DNA of 47,914 nt from Candidatus Micrarchaeaceae archaeon (GTDB taxonomy: Archaea; Micrarchaeota; Micrarchaeia; Micrarchaeales; CABMGC01): positions 1-47,914 of the forward strand of contig JAVZDR010000001.1 in NCBI GenBank assembly GCA_038873795.1, read 5' to 3'. This document shows positions 25,955 to 34,990 of this stretch, piece by piece. The first letter of the stretch is position 1. Each line of letters starts with the position of its first letter. The notes below the pieces were generated by a model, which had not been told where the DNA came from, searched no databases, and saw only the letters and a program-made list of their open reading frames with translations. Both the position numbers and the translations under genes were made by a program.

Positions 25955-27280
25955 CTACCATGGGAGAGTGCCAAGGTCCTCGAGCCCTATCTTTGCAAGC
26001 GCCTTGCCCTGGTCGTCATAGTACTCCTTGCAGAAGGCGTTTATCTCCTGCATGCTCCTCACGCCCATGTTGTTGAGCTTCTCAAGGATCGCTGCGCGCC
26101 TGTTTTCCTCGTTTATGATCTCGGCAGGCGGATAGCCTGTGAGCTTTGCGAGCGTATCTCTGTATGTTACACTTGGCAGCACGTCTGATCCTTTGTGCTG
26201 CTTGTAGTCATATGTATAGAGGTCTGAAAGCAGAACCTGGGTCTCAACCCCAGATATCTCAGCAACATTTGTTATCTTCCTTATAAGCTTGCCTTTCTCG
26301 GGAACCTGCGAGACTATTATTATTGCGTCAATCAGCGGTATTATATCCATCTCCACATTCATGGGCGTATGCTGCAGCCTGGTTATCACATCCCTACTCG
26401 TGCTTGCGTGTATCGTGCCCATAGAGATTTTGCCTATGTTCATGGCTGTCATCATGTCTTTGGCCTCAGCGCCCCTTACCTCGCCTATAATTATCATATC
26501 AGGCCTCATCCTCAGTGCATTCTTTACAAGGTCTTCCATGCCCATGTCAGGGCTCGTCTCGAGTCTCACGCAGTTTTCCTGCGTCTCGGTGTGAAGCTCA
26601 TAAGTCTCCTCAATTACAACAACCCTTGCTTCGGGCCTGAAAAAGCTGAACATTGCATTAAGCAGAGTGGTTTTGCCGCTTGCCGGCATGCCGCCTATCA
26701 GGATGTTGGCTGGCCTCACTCTCAGGCCCTCAGTATAGAGCCAGAGCCTTGCAGCCATGTTGTAGCTCATTTCGCCAGCATTTATCAGGTCGATTATGCT
26801 CATGGCAGTGCCCCTGAAGTTTCTTATTGTTATGTCTGCACCAATAGGCGAATCGACTATGTTAACGCGGGAGCCGTTTGGTAGGTGTACGTCAAATATT
26901 TTCTTGTTGACAGCAGAAGTCGTGGCATACATCTTGAGCTTGCGCACAAGCCTGTCAAGCTCTTCCCTGCTTGCTATCTTGTCAGGCGTCTTAGTCTGCC
27001 CAATAGAAGAGTAGTATACGAATATGTTTGCTGTGTTGTTTATCATTATATCTTCTACGTTTGGGTCTTTCAGATATTTGTCAATCGGACCGAAGGTTTC
27101 GCAATCGCTTACAACCTTTTCTATATAATCGCTTGGTGCATCAGGCATTATGGATTTGGCCACTTCCTTAATGTAGTTTTCCCTATCTTCTTTTTCCGGG
27201 TACCTGTTCAGCTTCTCGCCCAGCTCTTCAAAAACAGCATCTTCAAATTCTGCAAAACTAGCGGCAGTCATAAATTTCAC
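25955..27280 (-). CDS. type II/IV secretion-family hexameric ATPase (FlaI/ArlI/PilB/VirB11-like)
   Basis: Walker A GGMPASGKTTLLNA, Walker B DMIIIGEVRG, Asp/His boxes (VVIEETYEL, GTIHAS). 441 aa. Confidence 0.85.
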   Translation of the reverse strand: MKFMTAASFAEFEDAVFEELGEKLNRYPEKEDRENYIKEVAKSIMPDAPSDYIEKVVSDCETFGPIDKYLKDPNVEDIMINNTANIFVYYSSIGQTKTPDKIASREELDRLVRKLKMYATTSAVNKKIFDVHLPNGSRVNIVDSPIGADITIRNFRGTAMSIIDLINAGEMSYNMAARLWLYTEGLRVRPANILIGGMPASGKTTLLNAMFSFFRPEARVVVIEETYELHTETQENCVRLETSPDMGMEDLVKNALRMRPDMIIIGEVRGAEAKDMMTAMNIGKISMGTIHASTSRDVITRLQHTPMNVEMDIIPLIDAIIIVSQVPEKGKLIRKITNVAEISGVETQVLLSDLYTYDYKQHKGSDVLPSVTYRDTLAKLTGYPPAEIINEENRRAAILEKLNNMGVRSMQEINAFCKEYYDDQGKALAKIGLEDLGTLPW

Positions 27281-27311
27281 AATAGATTATGATGGATTAA
27301 GGATATAAGTT

Positions 27312-27647
27312 TTATCTTTTTTGCCATGCTTCCATTCTTTTACTTCTTGCCCCTCTCCTTATAACTGCGAACCTGTCTATTATGCTATCGTAATGGTGCA
27401 GAGAAAAAAGCATTATAAGCAAAATAGTCACAAGTATCACTTCTGCGGTAAGCGCCTCATCTAAGTAAAAGAGAAATATGGATATCTCATCCCAATAATG
27501 CCTGACTGCGATTAGGGTCGCTATTGTTATTAGGTAATCCAGGGCAAGCGAGCCATAAGCAAGTGCCTCTATCCATTTCTTTACTCTTATAGCCCTAATT
27601 ACATTTTTCATCTCCGACACAGAATGCACCGGCATGCTATGCAGCAA
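27312..27647 (-). CDS. small membrane protein, unknown function
   Basis: 111 aa, two predicted TM helices (YGSLALDYLITIATLIAV, AEVILVTILLIMLFSL). 31 nt upstream of the ATPase gene on the same strand. Confidence 0.4.
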   Translation of the reverse strand: MLHSMPVHSVSEMKNVIRAIRVKKWIEALAYGSLALDYLITIATLIAVRHYWDEISIFLFYLDEALTAEVILVTILLIMLFSLHHYDSIIDRFAVIRRGARSKRMEAWQKR

Positions 27648-27669
27648 TTTTTGAAATAAAAATAATAAA

Positions 27670-28263
27670 CTATTCCACAGAAGCGAGGAATTCCATTATT
27701 ATGCCGTTGAACTTTGAGGGATCAGAAAGATAGCATGCGTGGGTGGCCCCTTCAATCACTTTATATTCAGAATTCCTTGCATTTTTCAGCAGCATCGCCC
27801 CCGCCTCTGGTGGAGAAATGTCATCCTTGCTGCCCCAGATTCCAAGAACCCTAAAATCAAATCCCCTGAGTGCATCTGCAGGCAGATAGACAGGGCCAAC
27901 AAGTATCATGGCCTTGACAACATTGCTATACAGTTTCGCGAAATCTATAACAACTCTTGAGCTCGCGCTTGAACCCAGCATAACAACACTGCCGTTAGTT
28001 TTTTTACTTATGAAACTATAGAGAAGTCTTGAGAATTCGTTGCCCTTAATTTCGAACCTGTTCCTGCTTTTCGGAAATCCAGGAACGTCCACAGCAAGAA
28101 CGTTGTACCCAGCAGAATTCATCGTTTTTACTAAGCCTACCTGCTCCCAGATTCTAGATTCGAAGCTATACCCATGAAAAATCACGGCGAATTTCCCACA
28201 GCTGCAAGGCGCATAATAATAGAGCATTTCAAAGCGGCCATATTTGAAATACCTCTCTTCCAT
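27670..28263 (-). CDS. alpha/beta-fold hydrolase
   Basis: HGYSF oxyanion region, nucleophile elbow MLGSSAS, GSKDD, and ATHACY (His). Confidence 0.7.
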   Translation of the reverse strand: MEERYFKYGRFEMLYYYAPCSCGKFAVIFHGYSFESRIWEQVGLVKTMNSAGYNVLAVDVPGFPKSRNRFEIKGNEFSRLLYSFISKKTNGSVVMLGSSASSRVVIDFAKLYSNVVKAMILVGPVYLPADALRGFDFRVLGIWGSKDDISPPEAGAMLLKNARNSEYKVIEGATHACYLSDPSKFNGIIMEFLASVE

Positions 28264-28315
28264 AGAACCAATTCAATGCTTTCCAACGCACTGGGACTCT
28301 ATTGGAAACAACAAC

Positions 28316-28852
28316 TCAGCGCTTTGCTGAGTTGTAGTACTCTATCACCCTATCGAGTACTATTTTAAGCCATGGTGTGAATTTGCTCCCATCATTCGCA
28401 ACCTCTCTCTTTAAGTCTGCAAATGAAATCCATCTCCAATCGGCCACTTCCTCTGGATTCGGAGATGCAACGCCTTCATATGAACCGAATATGACGTGAT
28501 CATATTCCCATTCTGTCAGGCCATTTCCAACTGGTGTCTTGTATATGAAGCTAAAGGCCTCTTTCATTTCGCAATCAAAGCCCATCTCCTCCTTAAGCCT
28601 GCGGTGAGCCGCATCAAGAACAGATTCATTGGGAAATGGGTGCGAGCAGCATGTATTGCTCCATAGGCCAGGCGTATGATATTTTGACAATGCCCTCTGC
28701 TGGAGCATGGTTTCGCCATTGCTGTTAATCACGAAGATGGAGATGGCCCTGTGGAGTTTGCCGCCGTTCATATGTGCCTTAATCTTCTCTTCAGTGCCTA
28801 ATTCCCTATCATTCTCGTCCACTAGTACAACAAGCTGACTTCCGCCTTCCAT
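28316..28852 (-). CDS. idi: isopentenyl-diphosphate delta-isomerase, type 1 (Nudix)
   Basis: LHRAISIFV, RALSKYHTPGLWSNTCCSHP (catalytic Cys), RLKEEMG and EWEYDHV. Collinear with E. coli Idi by eye. Confidence 0.85.
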   Translation of the reverse strand: MEGGSQLVVLVDENDRELGTEEKIKAHMNGGKLHRAISIFVINSNGETMLQQRALSKYHTPGLWSNTCCSHPFPNESVLDAAHRRLKEEMGFDCEMKEAFSFIYKTPVGNGLTEWEYDHVIFGSYEGVASPNPEEVADWRWISFADLKREVANDGSKFTPWLKIVLDRVIEYYNSAKR

Positions 28853-28940
28853 AAAATTATTTTTACTTCTTCCTTTATATTCTTTTTCATGAGCTCAAGA
28901 TCAGAATGGAGTTCCTGCATCCACATTACAAAGTTAAATA

Positions 28941-29011
28941 TGGAGGTACAGGGAATCGAACCCAGATCTGCACCTTGTAAAGGTGCCGTCCTGCCATTAG
29001 ACGATACCTCC
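28941..29011 (-). tRNA. tRNA-Val (anticodon TAC), no intron
   Basis: Minus-strand fold. Acceptor GGAGGTA/TACCTCC, D-arm GTCT/GGAC, anticodon stem GCACC/GGTGC with loop TTTACAA, T-arm CTGGG-TTCGATT-CCCTG (one U-U mismatch), discriminator A. Confidence 0.85.
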
Positions 29012-29040
29012 TCATTATAGTTACATTTGACTGATTTTTA

Positions 29041-30318
29041 TTATTTGTGCTGCTTTGATTTCGCCGCACAGAAATCATTGAGCCTTGATATTGCCTCCCC
29101 CAATACCTCTTTTTTAGGTAGCGCCACAATCCTTATGTGGTTTGGCGATCCAAATCCAGAGCCCCTAGCTATCTGCACGTATTTTTCCTTGAGGAATGCA
29201 TCTGTAAAATCTTTGTCTTTATTGAAGCCTAGCGATTTAAGGTCTACTTTCGGGAATATGTAGAAGGTGCCATTTGGCTTCACAGTTTCGAGATATGGGT
29301 TTTCATTTAATAAGTCCATGCTAAAATTTACTCTATCCTCTATGCTGCTTACCAGTTCTTTGACTGATCTCTCATGCTCTGCAATATTGTTGATTGCCTC
29401 AGCCACAGCGTACTGCGCCGGCGCATTTACAGAGATCCTAACAGAGGCAAAGCCAGCAAACTTATTCTTGAGCGCATTAGACACACGGTCATCGCCAGGC
29501 ACAATCATGAAGCCAATCCTGAAGCCTGTTGAAACATAATCCTTCGAGGCGCCATTGAGTATAACATAAGGTACACCATTTGCTACCTCAGACACACTTG
29601 TGAATTTTGCCCCATCGAATATTATTTCGTCATATATCTCGTCGCTTACTATTAACATGCCATTGTCGTTCGCTATGTCAACGAGATCTTTCAGAACTTT
29701 CCTGCTCAGCACTGTGCCAGTAGGGTTGTTTGGATTTGTTACAAGCATGTACTTGGGCTTCCTCTTCAGCCTTTTGAATGCCTCCTTAACATGCCTGGAA
29801 AATGCATCGGTATCGATGCTCCATCCAGATTTCTCGTCGTAATCATGCATGTATGCCACTCCTTCGGAAAGCTCAAGGAAGGGCACATACAACGGATAAA
29901 AGGGCCTGAAAAGAACTGCTGAATCGCCGGGATCTATGAGGGCTGCATTCAATATATATAGAGCTTCTGACACGCCATACGTTACTATTATACCTTCATT
30001 GCCAGTATCAATTCCGAACTTCCTTTTATACCTCTTCTCAATTGCCTCTTTCAATTCAGGTATGCCTGTTGCCTGCGTATAATGCGTCTTGTTTTCCCTT
30101 ATTGCCTTTATGTAGGCCTCTTTTATGTATGCCGGCGTTTCGAAATATTCAGCCGGATCGCCCCTATTGAGGTGTATTACCTCTGCTCCCTTCCTTTCCA
30201 AATCAAGCGCTAACGCATCATCTTCTTCAAGTGCATTTGTAGCAAAATTGCTTCTCTTCGAAAACAACACAGAACCACAAATAAATAATTGCGAGCATCT
30301 ATTTATCTTTATCTGCAA
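29041..30318 (-). CDS. class I/II PLP-dependent aminotransferase (aspartate/alanine aminotransferase-like)
   Basis: NPNNPTGTV and the PLP-Lys context GASKDYVSTGFRIG. N-terminal about 25 aa uncertain. Overlaps the upstream gene by 20 nt. Confidence 0.85.
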   Translation of the reverse strand: MQIKINRCSQLFICGSVLFSKRSNFATNALEEDDALALDLERKGAEVIHLNRGDPAEYFETPAYIKEAYIKAIRENKTHYTQATGIPELKEAIEKRYKRKFGIDTGNEGIIVTYGVSEALYILNAALIDPGDSAVLFRPFYPLYVPFLELSEGVAYMHDYDEKSGWSIDTDAFSRHVKEAFKRLKRKPKYMLVTNPNNPTGTVLSRKVLKDLVDIANDNGMLIVSDEIYDEIIFDGAKFTSVSEVANGVPYVILNGASKDYVSTGFRIGFMIVPGDDRVSNALKNKFAGFASVRISVNAPAQYAVAEAINNIAEHERSVKELVSSIEDRVNFSMDLLNENPYLETVKPNGTFYIFPKVDLKSLGFNKDKDFTDAFLKEKYVQIARGSGFGSPNHIRIVALPKKEVLGEAISRLNDFCAAKSKQHK

Positions 30319-30973
30319 GCTCAGCTTCTTTTATTATGTATATGCCAGAATTCGCATGCCATTTTATTTCAGCCTTCTTTACTATTATCCTCCTCTTGAA
30401 GAGCGGCGCATCAAGTACAAACGTTTCAGCCTCTCCGCCTTCAAATGCGGCATTCACCCCATATCTCCTGCCCAATGCCTTTATCTTCGCGACCATTTCA
30501 TTATCTATTTTCTTTCCAAGGAAGGATTCGGTAAAGCCTTCAGCTGATACCGCAGTTATTATGGCATCAAAATTCCTTGCAACCTCCTCCAACTCCTCCA
30601 TCTGGTCCATATGCCAGAGCGGCGCAATGTGCTCTATACCAAGTTTTTTGGCTATCGCATTTACCCTGCTTGCCTGGTACTCGCTGGCTATCGCCCCAGT
30701 AATTATGCTGCTCGCGCCGCTCTCCCGCAGCGCCCTCTCAAGATCATCTAGCTCCTCCTCCTTGTTGCCGCTTGTGCTTGCGAAGAACTGCTTTATCCCC
30801 ATCGCCTCGGCCTGCAGCTTTGTGAATTCGAGATTCGGGAAATGGAACATGTAGCTCTCAGGATTCTGAGGTACCATCGTTATCAGCAGGTCTACTTTTA
30901 TGCCTAATGAAAATGCCTTGTGGATTGCAAGCGTCGAGTCTTTTCCTCCACTAAAAAGTGCAGCATTTATCAT
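30299..30973 (-). CDS. dph6: diphthine-ammonia ligase-like PP-loop ATPase (Dph6/MJ0570 family)
   Basis: PP-loop FSGGKDST at the N-terminus. 224 aa, the size of archaeal MJ0570-type proteins. Confidence 0.7.
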   Translation of the reverse strand: MINAALFSGGKDSTLAIHKAFSLGIKVDLLITMVPQNPESYMFHFPNLEFTKLQAEAMGIKQFFASTSGNKEEELDDLERALRESGASSIITGAIASEYQASRVNAIAKKLGIEHIAPLWHMDQMEELEEVARNFDAIITAVSAEGFTESFLGKKIDNEMVAKIKALGRRYGVNAAFEGGEAETFVLDAPLFKRRIIVKKAEIKWHANSGIYIIKEAELADKDK

Positions 30974-30980
30974 ATAATCC

Positions 30981-31631
30981 TTATCTCAGTTTGCTTTTTT
31001 TACCCTTTGCATTGCTGGACTTGCATATGTCTTTCAGCACGCACCTGTAGCATTCCTTTTTGCGCGCTGTGCATGTATCCCTGCCAAGCGCTATGAAAAG
31101 GTTTGATGTTATCGGCCAATATCTTGCTGGTATCCTCTTCATCAGGTCCTTCTCGATGATTTTGGGATCCTTGCTTCTGGTAAGCCCAAGCCTGTTTGAG
31201 ACTGTTATGCAGTGTGTATCCACAGCAATGCCCTCTGTTATACCATATCCTTCATTCAATATGACATTGGCCACCTTTCTCCCTATGCCTGGCAGGGTTA
31301 TCAGTTCAGAAATAGTCCTTGGCACTTCGCCCCCAAAATCCTTCAAGATAATCCTGGCTGCATTTCTGAGGTTCCTCGCCTTAGTCCTGTAATAATTGAG
31401 GCCCTTCAGCTTCTTTTCCAATGTCGCAAGATTTGCATTTGCATAGGCATCGAAGCCATCAAACTCCTTGAACAGCACACTTGTCACACTGTTGACCTGC
31501 TTATCCGTGCATTGCGGCGACAGCATTGCAGCTACAAAAAGTTCAGTTATGTTTGCGTGCTTGAGTGCTGTTTGCTTCACGCCATACCTCTTTGCCAGCC
31601 TCCTTATGATTTTGGTTTCGTAATTTTGCAT
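30981..31631 (-). CDS. nth: endonuclease III, paralog 2
   Basis: LPGIGRKVANVIL, VDTHC, and Fe-S ligands CTARKKECYRCVLKDIC. Confidence 0.9.
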   Translation of the reverse strand: MQNYETKIIRRLAKRYGVKQTALKHANITELFVAAMLSPQCTDKQVNSVTSVLFKEFDGFDAYANANLATLEKKLKGLNYYRTKARNLRNAARIILKDFGGEVPRTISELITLPGIGRKVANVILNEGYGITEGIAVDTHCITVSNRLGLTRSKDPKIIEKDLMKRIPARYWPITSNLFIALGRDTCTARKKECYRCVLKDICKSSNAKGKKSKLR

Positions 31632-31669
31632 AGATTAATAATTTTGACTGCTAATTATAAATTGATACC

Positions 31670-32497
31670 ATGCTTAGGCATCCCGCAGTTGCTGGTACAT
31701 TCTACCCTAATGATCCAGCATCGATAAGGAAGTTCATCAGCAATGCAATCGAAGAAGCCAATTTAAATGTGGATGCAAGCAATGCGCTCTCATTTGTGGC
31801 TCCCCATGCTGGCTATATCTACTCTGGAAGGATAGCCGCATATACCTACAAGGCCGTTAGAGATATGCTTTCGCGCAGGAAAATAGACACATTTGTAATA
31901 ATAGGCCCAAACCATACAGGATATGGCGCTCCAGTAGCCATTTCAGGCAAGGACTGGGAAACACCTCTTGGTGTTGTTAAGAATGATATAGAACTCTCGA
32001 ACAAAATAGCCGAGCACAGATTTGTAACAATTGATGACGATGCACATGAATACGAGCATTCGGTAGAGGTTCAGCTGCCTTTCCTGCAGATGGTCGCAAA
32101 AGAGCCGAAATGCACCTTCATATGCATGGGTGATCAGTCTCTCGAAGCGAGCAGGGCACTGAGCAGCGCCATCGTGGATGCAAGCAATGCGCTCGGGCGG
32201 AGCATAGCTGTCATAGCGAGTTCTGACTTCAACCATTATGAGTCAGCGAAGACTGCCGAAAAGAAAGACCTGCCCGCCATAGAATACTTGACGAAGCTCG
32301 ACTACATAAGCTTCAATTCCGAGATATCTAGATCAGGTGATACAGCGTGTGGCTATGGCCCTATAACCGTTGCGGCGATTACCGCAATAGAAAGGAAGGC
32401 AAAGAAGGGGATCCTGCTCAAGTACGGCAATTCAGGAGATGAAACTAAAGACTATTCTTCTGTCGTCGCCTATGCCAGCATAATCTTTACCGCATGA
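31670..32497 (+). CDS. MEMO1-family protein (AmmeMemoRadiSam system protein B)
   Basis: HPAVAGTFYP, APHAGYIYSG, IGPNHTG, HEYEHSVEVQLPFL. Confidence 0.85.
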   Translation: MLRHPAVAGTFYPNDPASIRKFISNAIEEANLNVDASNALSFVAPHAGYIYSGRIAAYTYKAVRDMLSRRKIDTFVIIGPNHTGYGAPVAISGKDWETPLGVVKNDIELSNKIAEHRFVTIDDDAHEYEHSVEVQLPFLQMVAKEPKCTFICMGDQSLEASRALSSAIVDASNALGRSIAVIASSDFNHYESAKTAEKKDLPAIEYLTKLDYISFNSEISRSGDTACGYGPITVAAITAIERKAKKGILLKYGNSGDETKDYSSVVAYASIIFTA

Positions 32498-33173
32498 GGG
32501 GCTTCTCTGCAGCTATCATGAAGCCAAGGCCAAAACCTAGGCTCTCCTTCTCTATATTCGAAAAACCAGCCTGTTTCAGAAGGGCGACCACATTCTCCAT
32601 GTTTACCTCGAAGTAGCTACTGTGCACATATCTCTCAATCTCGTTCTTTATTTCAGACTGTGAGATAGGCATTATCCTAAAGTAGTAATAGGTGTTTATG
32701 AGCCTCCTTATAAAAGTGCTTCTGTGGGCGTTTAGGTCCATTAGCAGGACTTTGCCCCCTGGCTTCAACATATCGAAGATATTCCCAATCACGCTCCTGA
32801 GGTCTTCGAATTCGCCGAGCGAAAAAGTCGACGTCACGTAGTCAAATTTTGTACTGAACCCCTTATACTTCTCAGCGTTACCTTCTATATATCTTACATT
32901 TTTCAGTCCGCTGCTTTTTTCCTTTGCTATTTTCAGCATTTTGGCATTGAAATCCAGGCCTATGACCTTATAGTTCTTGTAATGTTTTGCTATCGCTATT
33001 GCAGTTTCGCCGGTCCCAGTGGCCAAGTCGAGCACTGTTGCACTTCTGCTTGCGCCAAGCTTCTTGAGCATTTTTCTCCTCCACACTCTGCCCAGTCCGA
33101 ATGTCAGGATGTTATATACCTTGTCATAGTTTATACTAATCACTGAGTAGAACTTTTCAAGTGAACTTTCCAT
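32487..33173 (-). CDS. class I SAM-dependent methyltransferase (UbiE/MenG-like)
   Basis: YD..YN..TFGLGRVWRR N-terminal pattern and SAM motif VLDLATGTGE. I prefer the ATG at 33173 over the TTG at 33221 used by the ORF track. Confidence 0.8.
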   Translation of the reverse strand: MESSLEKFYSVISINYDKVYNILTFGLGRVWRRKMLKKLGASRSATVLDLATGTGETAIAIAKHYKNYKVIGLDFNAKMLKIAKEKSSGLKNVRYIEGNAEKYKGFSTKFDYVTSTFSLGEFEDLRSVIGNIFDMLKPGGKVLLMDLNAHRSTFIRRLINTYYYFRIMPISQSEIKNEIERYVHSSYFEVNMENVVALLKQAGFSNIEKESLGFGLGFMIAAEKPLMR

Positions 33174-33265
33174 ACACTCCAAATCCAATAAGGAAGAATA
33201 ATTTATTAAATACTCTTTCAAAATACATTATACTCAAATGCCGATATGAGGAATTGGTGCGGTAT

Positions 33266-34990
33266 ATGGCTATAATAGGGATACATGATGCGCATGATGC
33301 AGGTGCTGGAATCGTAAAAGATGGCAAGGTGATAGGCGCCGTGAATGAGGAGCGCTTTACAAAACTTAAAAATGATGTTGGTTTCCCTAGGAATTCGATA
33401 CGTTACCTGCTCAGCGAGCTAGAAAATGAGGAAATTGAGAAAGTTGCCATACCTTGGATAGGCGGCAGCGCGCTTTTTGCGCGCATCATGCCCAGCTTGG
33501 AGGTAAAAAGAAGGAAGCTGTGGAGGAAAGAGATAAAGAAGCCCTCTCTCTTCCGCATGCACCTGACTAACATTGCCTTCAGGCTTTTGCAGAACCAGAA
33601 TCCTAAGAGCATGTGGCATTACCTCGGCGAAGGCATCGGCGGCTATGTGATGAGGAAGAGGCTAGAGTCTATAGGCTTAAACAGGAAAATAGTTTTTGTG
33701 GACCACCATACGGCCCACGCCGCTTCCGCATACTATGCATCAGGCTTCAAGGAGGCGCTTGTCATAACCCTCGATGGCGCAGGCGACGGCCTTTCAGGGA
33801 GCATATCCATAGGTGACAACGGGAGCTTGAAGCGCATCAACCAGTTCGACGCAAGCTCAAGCATAGGCATACTATATGGTGCAGCTACAATAGCCTGCGA
33901 CCTAAGGTACAGCGAAGACGAGGGCAAGCTGATGAGCCTTGCAGCATATTCATATCCAGCTGAAATAAAGGAGCTTGAAGGAATTGTAAGATATGATGAG
34001 AAGAAAAGGCAGCTGGTAAGCGGCACAGGCAGAAAGTATGAGTATTTGCTTGCTGAGTACATGAAGAATGAGCTCCTTTGGAGATATAACAGGGAAGCTT
34101 TAGCCTATGCTGTGCAGAGGCACGTAGAAAACCAGGTTTTGAAGATAGTCAAGCAGTACATAAAGGAAACAAAGATCGCAAACATAGCCGTTGCTGGTGG
34201 CTTCTTCTCAAATGTGATAGTAAATATGCTGATAAACCAGCTGCCAGAAGTCAAGAATTTCTTTGTATTCCCCCATATGGGTGATGGCGGACTTGCGCTT
34301 GGCGCCGCATATTATGTCGATTTCATCGAAAACGGAAAATTCAACAGGAGGCAGATTGAGAATGTCTATTTTGGCCCTTCCTATACAAATGAGGAGATTG
34401 AGAAGGAATTGAAGAAGGCTGGCAAAAAGATCAGATACGAAGAGGTGAAGGATATAGAGAGATATGCCGCAGAAAGGATAGCAAAGGAGAATAAGATCCT
34501 GCTATGGTTCCAAGGCAGGATGGAATACGGGCCGAGGGCCCTGGGCAACAGGAGCGTTCTGGCTCTTGCAAATGATCCCAAAAACAGGAACGAAGCCAAC
34601 TTAATAATCAAACGCAGACCATACTACCAGCCTTTCGCAAGCACCATACTAGAGGAGGATGCGAGCGAGCTTCTAAATCCATACCCTCGGGGCACTAAAT
34701 TCATGACAATCGCCTACAATGTGGATGAAGACCACAGGGAGGATCTTGTCGCTGCGTCGCACATAGACGGCACGACAAGGCCGCAGGTGCTTGGCGCAGA
34801 GAACAGGATCTACAGAAGGCTAATAGAAAACATAAAGCGCGAGATAGGAATTGGGGCGATACTTAATACAAGCTTCAACAAGCATGGGAAGCCGATAGTA
34901 ATGAGCCCAGAAGATGCCATATGGACCCTCCTTAATACAGGCGCAAAGTATATGGCGATAGGCAATTACTTTGTAGAGAAAGTGATTTGA
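33266..34990 (+). CDS. NodU/CmcH-family carbamoyltransferase, paralog 2
   Basis: GIHDAHDAGAGI...NEERFTKLK, VDHHTAHAASAYY, TLDGAGDG, GRMEYGPRALGNRS, LNTSFNKHGKPIV. Start moved to the first ATG (33266); the 35 codons upstream look non-coding. Confidence 0.85.
   Translation: MAIIGIHDAHDAGAGIVKDGKVIGAVNEERFTKLKNDVGFPRNSIRYLLSELENEEIEKVAIPWIGGSALFARIMPSLEVKRRKLWRKEIKKPSLFRMHLTNIAFRLLQNQNPKSMWHYLGEGIGGYVMRKRLESIGLNRKIVFVDHHTAHAASAYYASGFKEALVITLDGAGDGLSGSISIGDNGSLKRINQFDASSSIGILYGAATIACDLRYSEDEGKLMSLAAYSYPAEIKELEGIVRYDEKKRQLVSGTGRKYEYLLAEYMKNELLWRYNREALAYAVQRHVENQVLKIVKQYIKETKIANIAVAGGFFSNVIVNMLINQLPEVKNFFVFPHMGDGGLALGAAYYVDFIENGKFNRRQIENVYFGPSYTNEEIEKELKKAGKKIRYEEVKDIERYAAERIAKENKILLWFQGRMEYGPRALGNRSVLALANDPKNRNEANLIIKRRPYYQPFASTILEEDASELLNPYPRGTKFMTIAYNVDEDHREDLVAASHIDGTTRPQVLGAENRIYRRLIENIKREIGIGAILNTSFNKHGKPIVMSPEDAIWTLLNTGAKYMAIGNYFVEKVI

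Noticed and set aside
33161-33265. 35-codon extension of carbamoyltransferase 2, and the TTG-initiated extension (33174..33221) of the methyltransferase
   Set aside because: The two extensions would overlap each other in the divergent promoter. This AT-rich stretch contains TATA-like boxes. Both families' conserved N-termini begin at the downstream ATGs (33266 and 33173).
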